A DNA stretch of 18,738 bases from a virus (taxonomy: Duplodnaviria > Heunggongvirae > Uroviricota > Caudoviricetes). This document shows positions 18,274 to 18,738 of this stretch, piece by piece (position 1 is the first letter of the stretch; the number at the start of each line of letters is the position of its first letter). The stretch is taken from IMG/VR virus record IMGVR_UViG_2671180747_000001. One strand, given 5' to 3'. The translations under genes were made by a program, and so were the position numbers. The notes beneath the pieces were generated by a model. It was not told the DNA's origin and did no database searches. It worked only from the letters and a program-made list of their open reading frames with translations.

Positions 18274-18372
18274 CATGTCCGGTTTTAGTATCTATTTTTT
18301 GCGCATGTCCGGTTCATGGAAAGCATGTTTTTATATTTTTCATATGGTTAACTTGCAGAGAAACCGGACATG
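18274..18372. promoter_or_regulatory. cosB-like terminase small-subunit binding region: three copies of an 11-mer (CATGTCCGGTT at 18274-18284 and 18304-18314; inverted AACCGGACATG at 18362-18372) with an AT-rich spacer
   Basis: Repeats seen directly. They occupy the interval between cosN and the Nu1 start where lambda has its R3/R2/R1 elements. The first copy is part of a palindrome, aaaaccgg-tcatgt-ccggtttt (18265-18286). Confidence 0.5.
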
Positions 18373-18409
18373 GATCCCGGAAAATTTTCATAAATAGCGA
18401 AAACCCGCG

Positions 18410-18421
18410 AGGTCGCCGCCC
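18410..18421 (-). other. cosN cohesive-end site: 12-nt GGGCGGCGACCT on the minus strand, with the lambda-identical left end extending to about 18376
   Basis: Reverse complement of plus-strand 18376-18421 reads GGGCGGCGACCTCGCGGGTTTTCGCTATTTATGAAAATTTTCCGG, which matches the first ~46 nt of the mature lambda genome as I remember it; the sequence then diverges. Confidence 0.8.
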
Positions 18422-18451
18422 CGTAACGGGTCCATATGCCGGAAAGGACCC
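18422..18451. other. cosQ-side region just outside cosN, containing the inverted repeat gggtcc (18428-18433) / ggaccc (18446-18451)
   Basis: Location directly beyond the cohesive end on the right-end side of the phage genome. Inverted repeat seen directly; function inferred from position only. Confidence 0.3.
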
Positions 18452-18738
18452 GAGAAAATGATAATGGTTATCAGTTGCAACAAAATCCAGTTTCTTCCAC
18501 CATCGCACCTGACGAGCGACTATGAGGGGACAACGCCGCGCTCCGTTAACGCGGTAAACCCCGGTGTGCATCGTTTTTGATTATCCCCGCACACTCGCGC
18601 AGAGGAGTCTCCCTGTCGGGCTGCGGTCTCTGTTAATGCAGGAATACGGCGACGATACGGCGCATGGCTATGTCAGGCTGAAATGCCTTTATCAAATCCG
18701 GGTAACGCAATCTGCTCCAGCCTGTCCAGCCTTGCCAG

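Noticed and set aside
18265-18372. The repeated 11-mers and palindrome near cos as inverted repeats of an insertion sequence or a CRISPR-like array
   Set aside because: Only three short copies with irregular spacing, no transposase ORF, and a position between cosN and Nu1 that fits terminase-binding elements.
3421-18397. Numerous other plus-strand ORFs across the operon (for example 5290..6147, 6653..7252, 13458..14033, 14644..15294, 16621..17295)
   Set aside because: Each sits wholly inside a well-supported minus-strand structural gene. None has a recognisable product or a convincing ribosome-binding site.
18314-18571. 85-aa minus-strand ORF spanning the cos site
   Set aside because: It runs straight through cosN and the cosB repeats. 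It would be cut by terminase in the mature genome and has no recognisable product.
1-18738. A defence island, secretion system or other novel multi-gene system
   Set aside because: Every sizeable ORF is accounted for by a syntenic lambda-like head, tail or packaging gene. The only unexplained coding capacity is the 31-codon ORF in the I-J spacer.

Overview
The window is almost entirely the late (morphogenesis) operon of a lambda-like siphovirus or prophage, all on the minus strand and collinear with phage lambda: cosQ/cosN/cosB, Nu1, A, W, B, C (with nested Nu3-like scaffold), D, E, FI-like, FII, Z, U, V, G, G-T frameshift product, H, M, L, K, I, and the first ~850 codons of J running off the window start. 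Identifications come from reading the translations against remembered lambda proteins and the lambda left-end sequence; no database search was run, so percent identities are not given. Points that depart from lambda are: (1) an in-frame TAG interrupting the terminase large subunit gene; (2) a ~240 bp AT-rich insert between I and J carrying a small ORF with a consensus Shine-Dalgarno, flanked by hairpins; (3) three ~47-aa tandem repeats in the C-terminal (Nu3/scaffold) part of gene C; (4) a Nu1 with a non-lambda N-terminal domain paired with non-lambda cosB repeats next to a lambda-identical cosN; (5) strong hairpins between D/E and E/FI. I see no defence system, CRISPR array, tRNA/rRNA or insertion sequence. 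Most plus-strand ORFs in the track are antisense shadows of the minus-strand genes.
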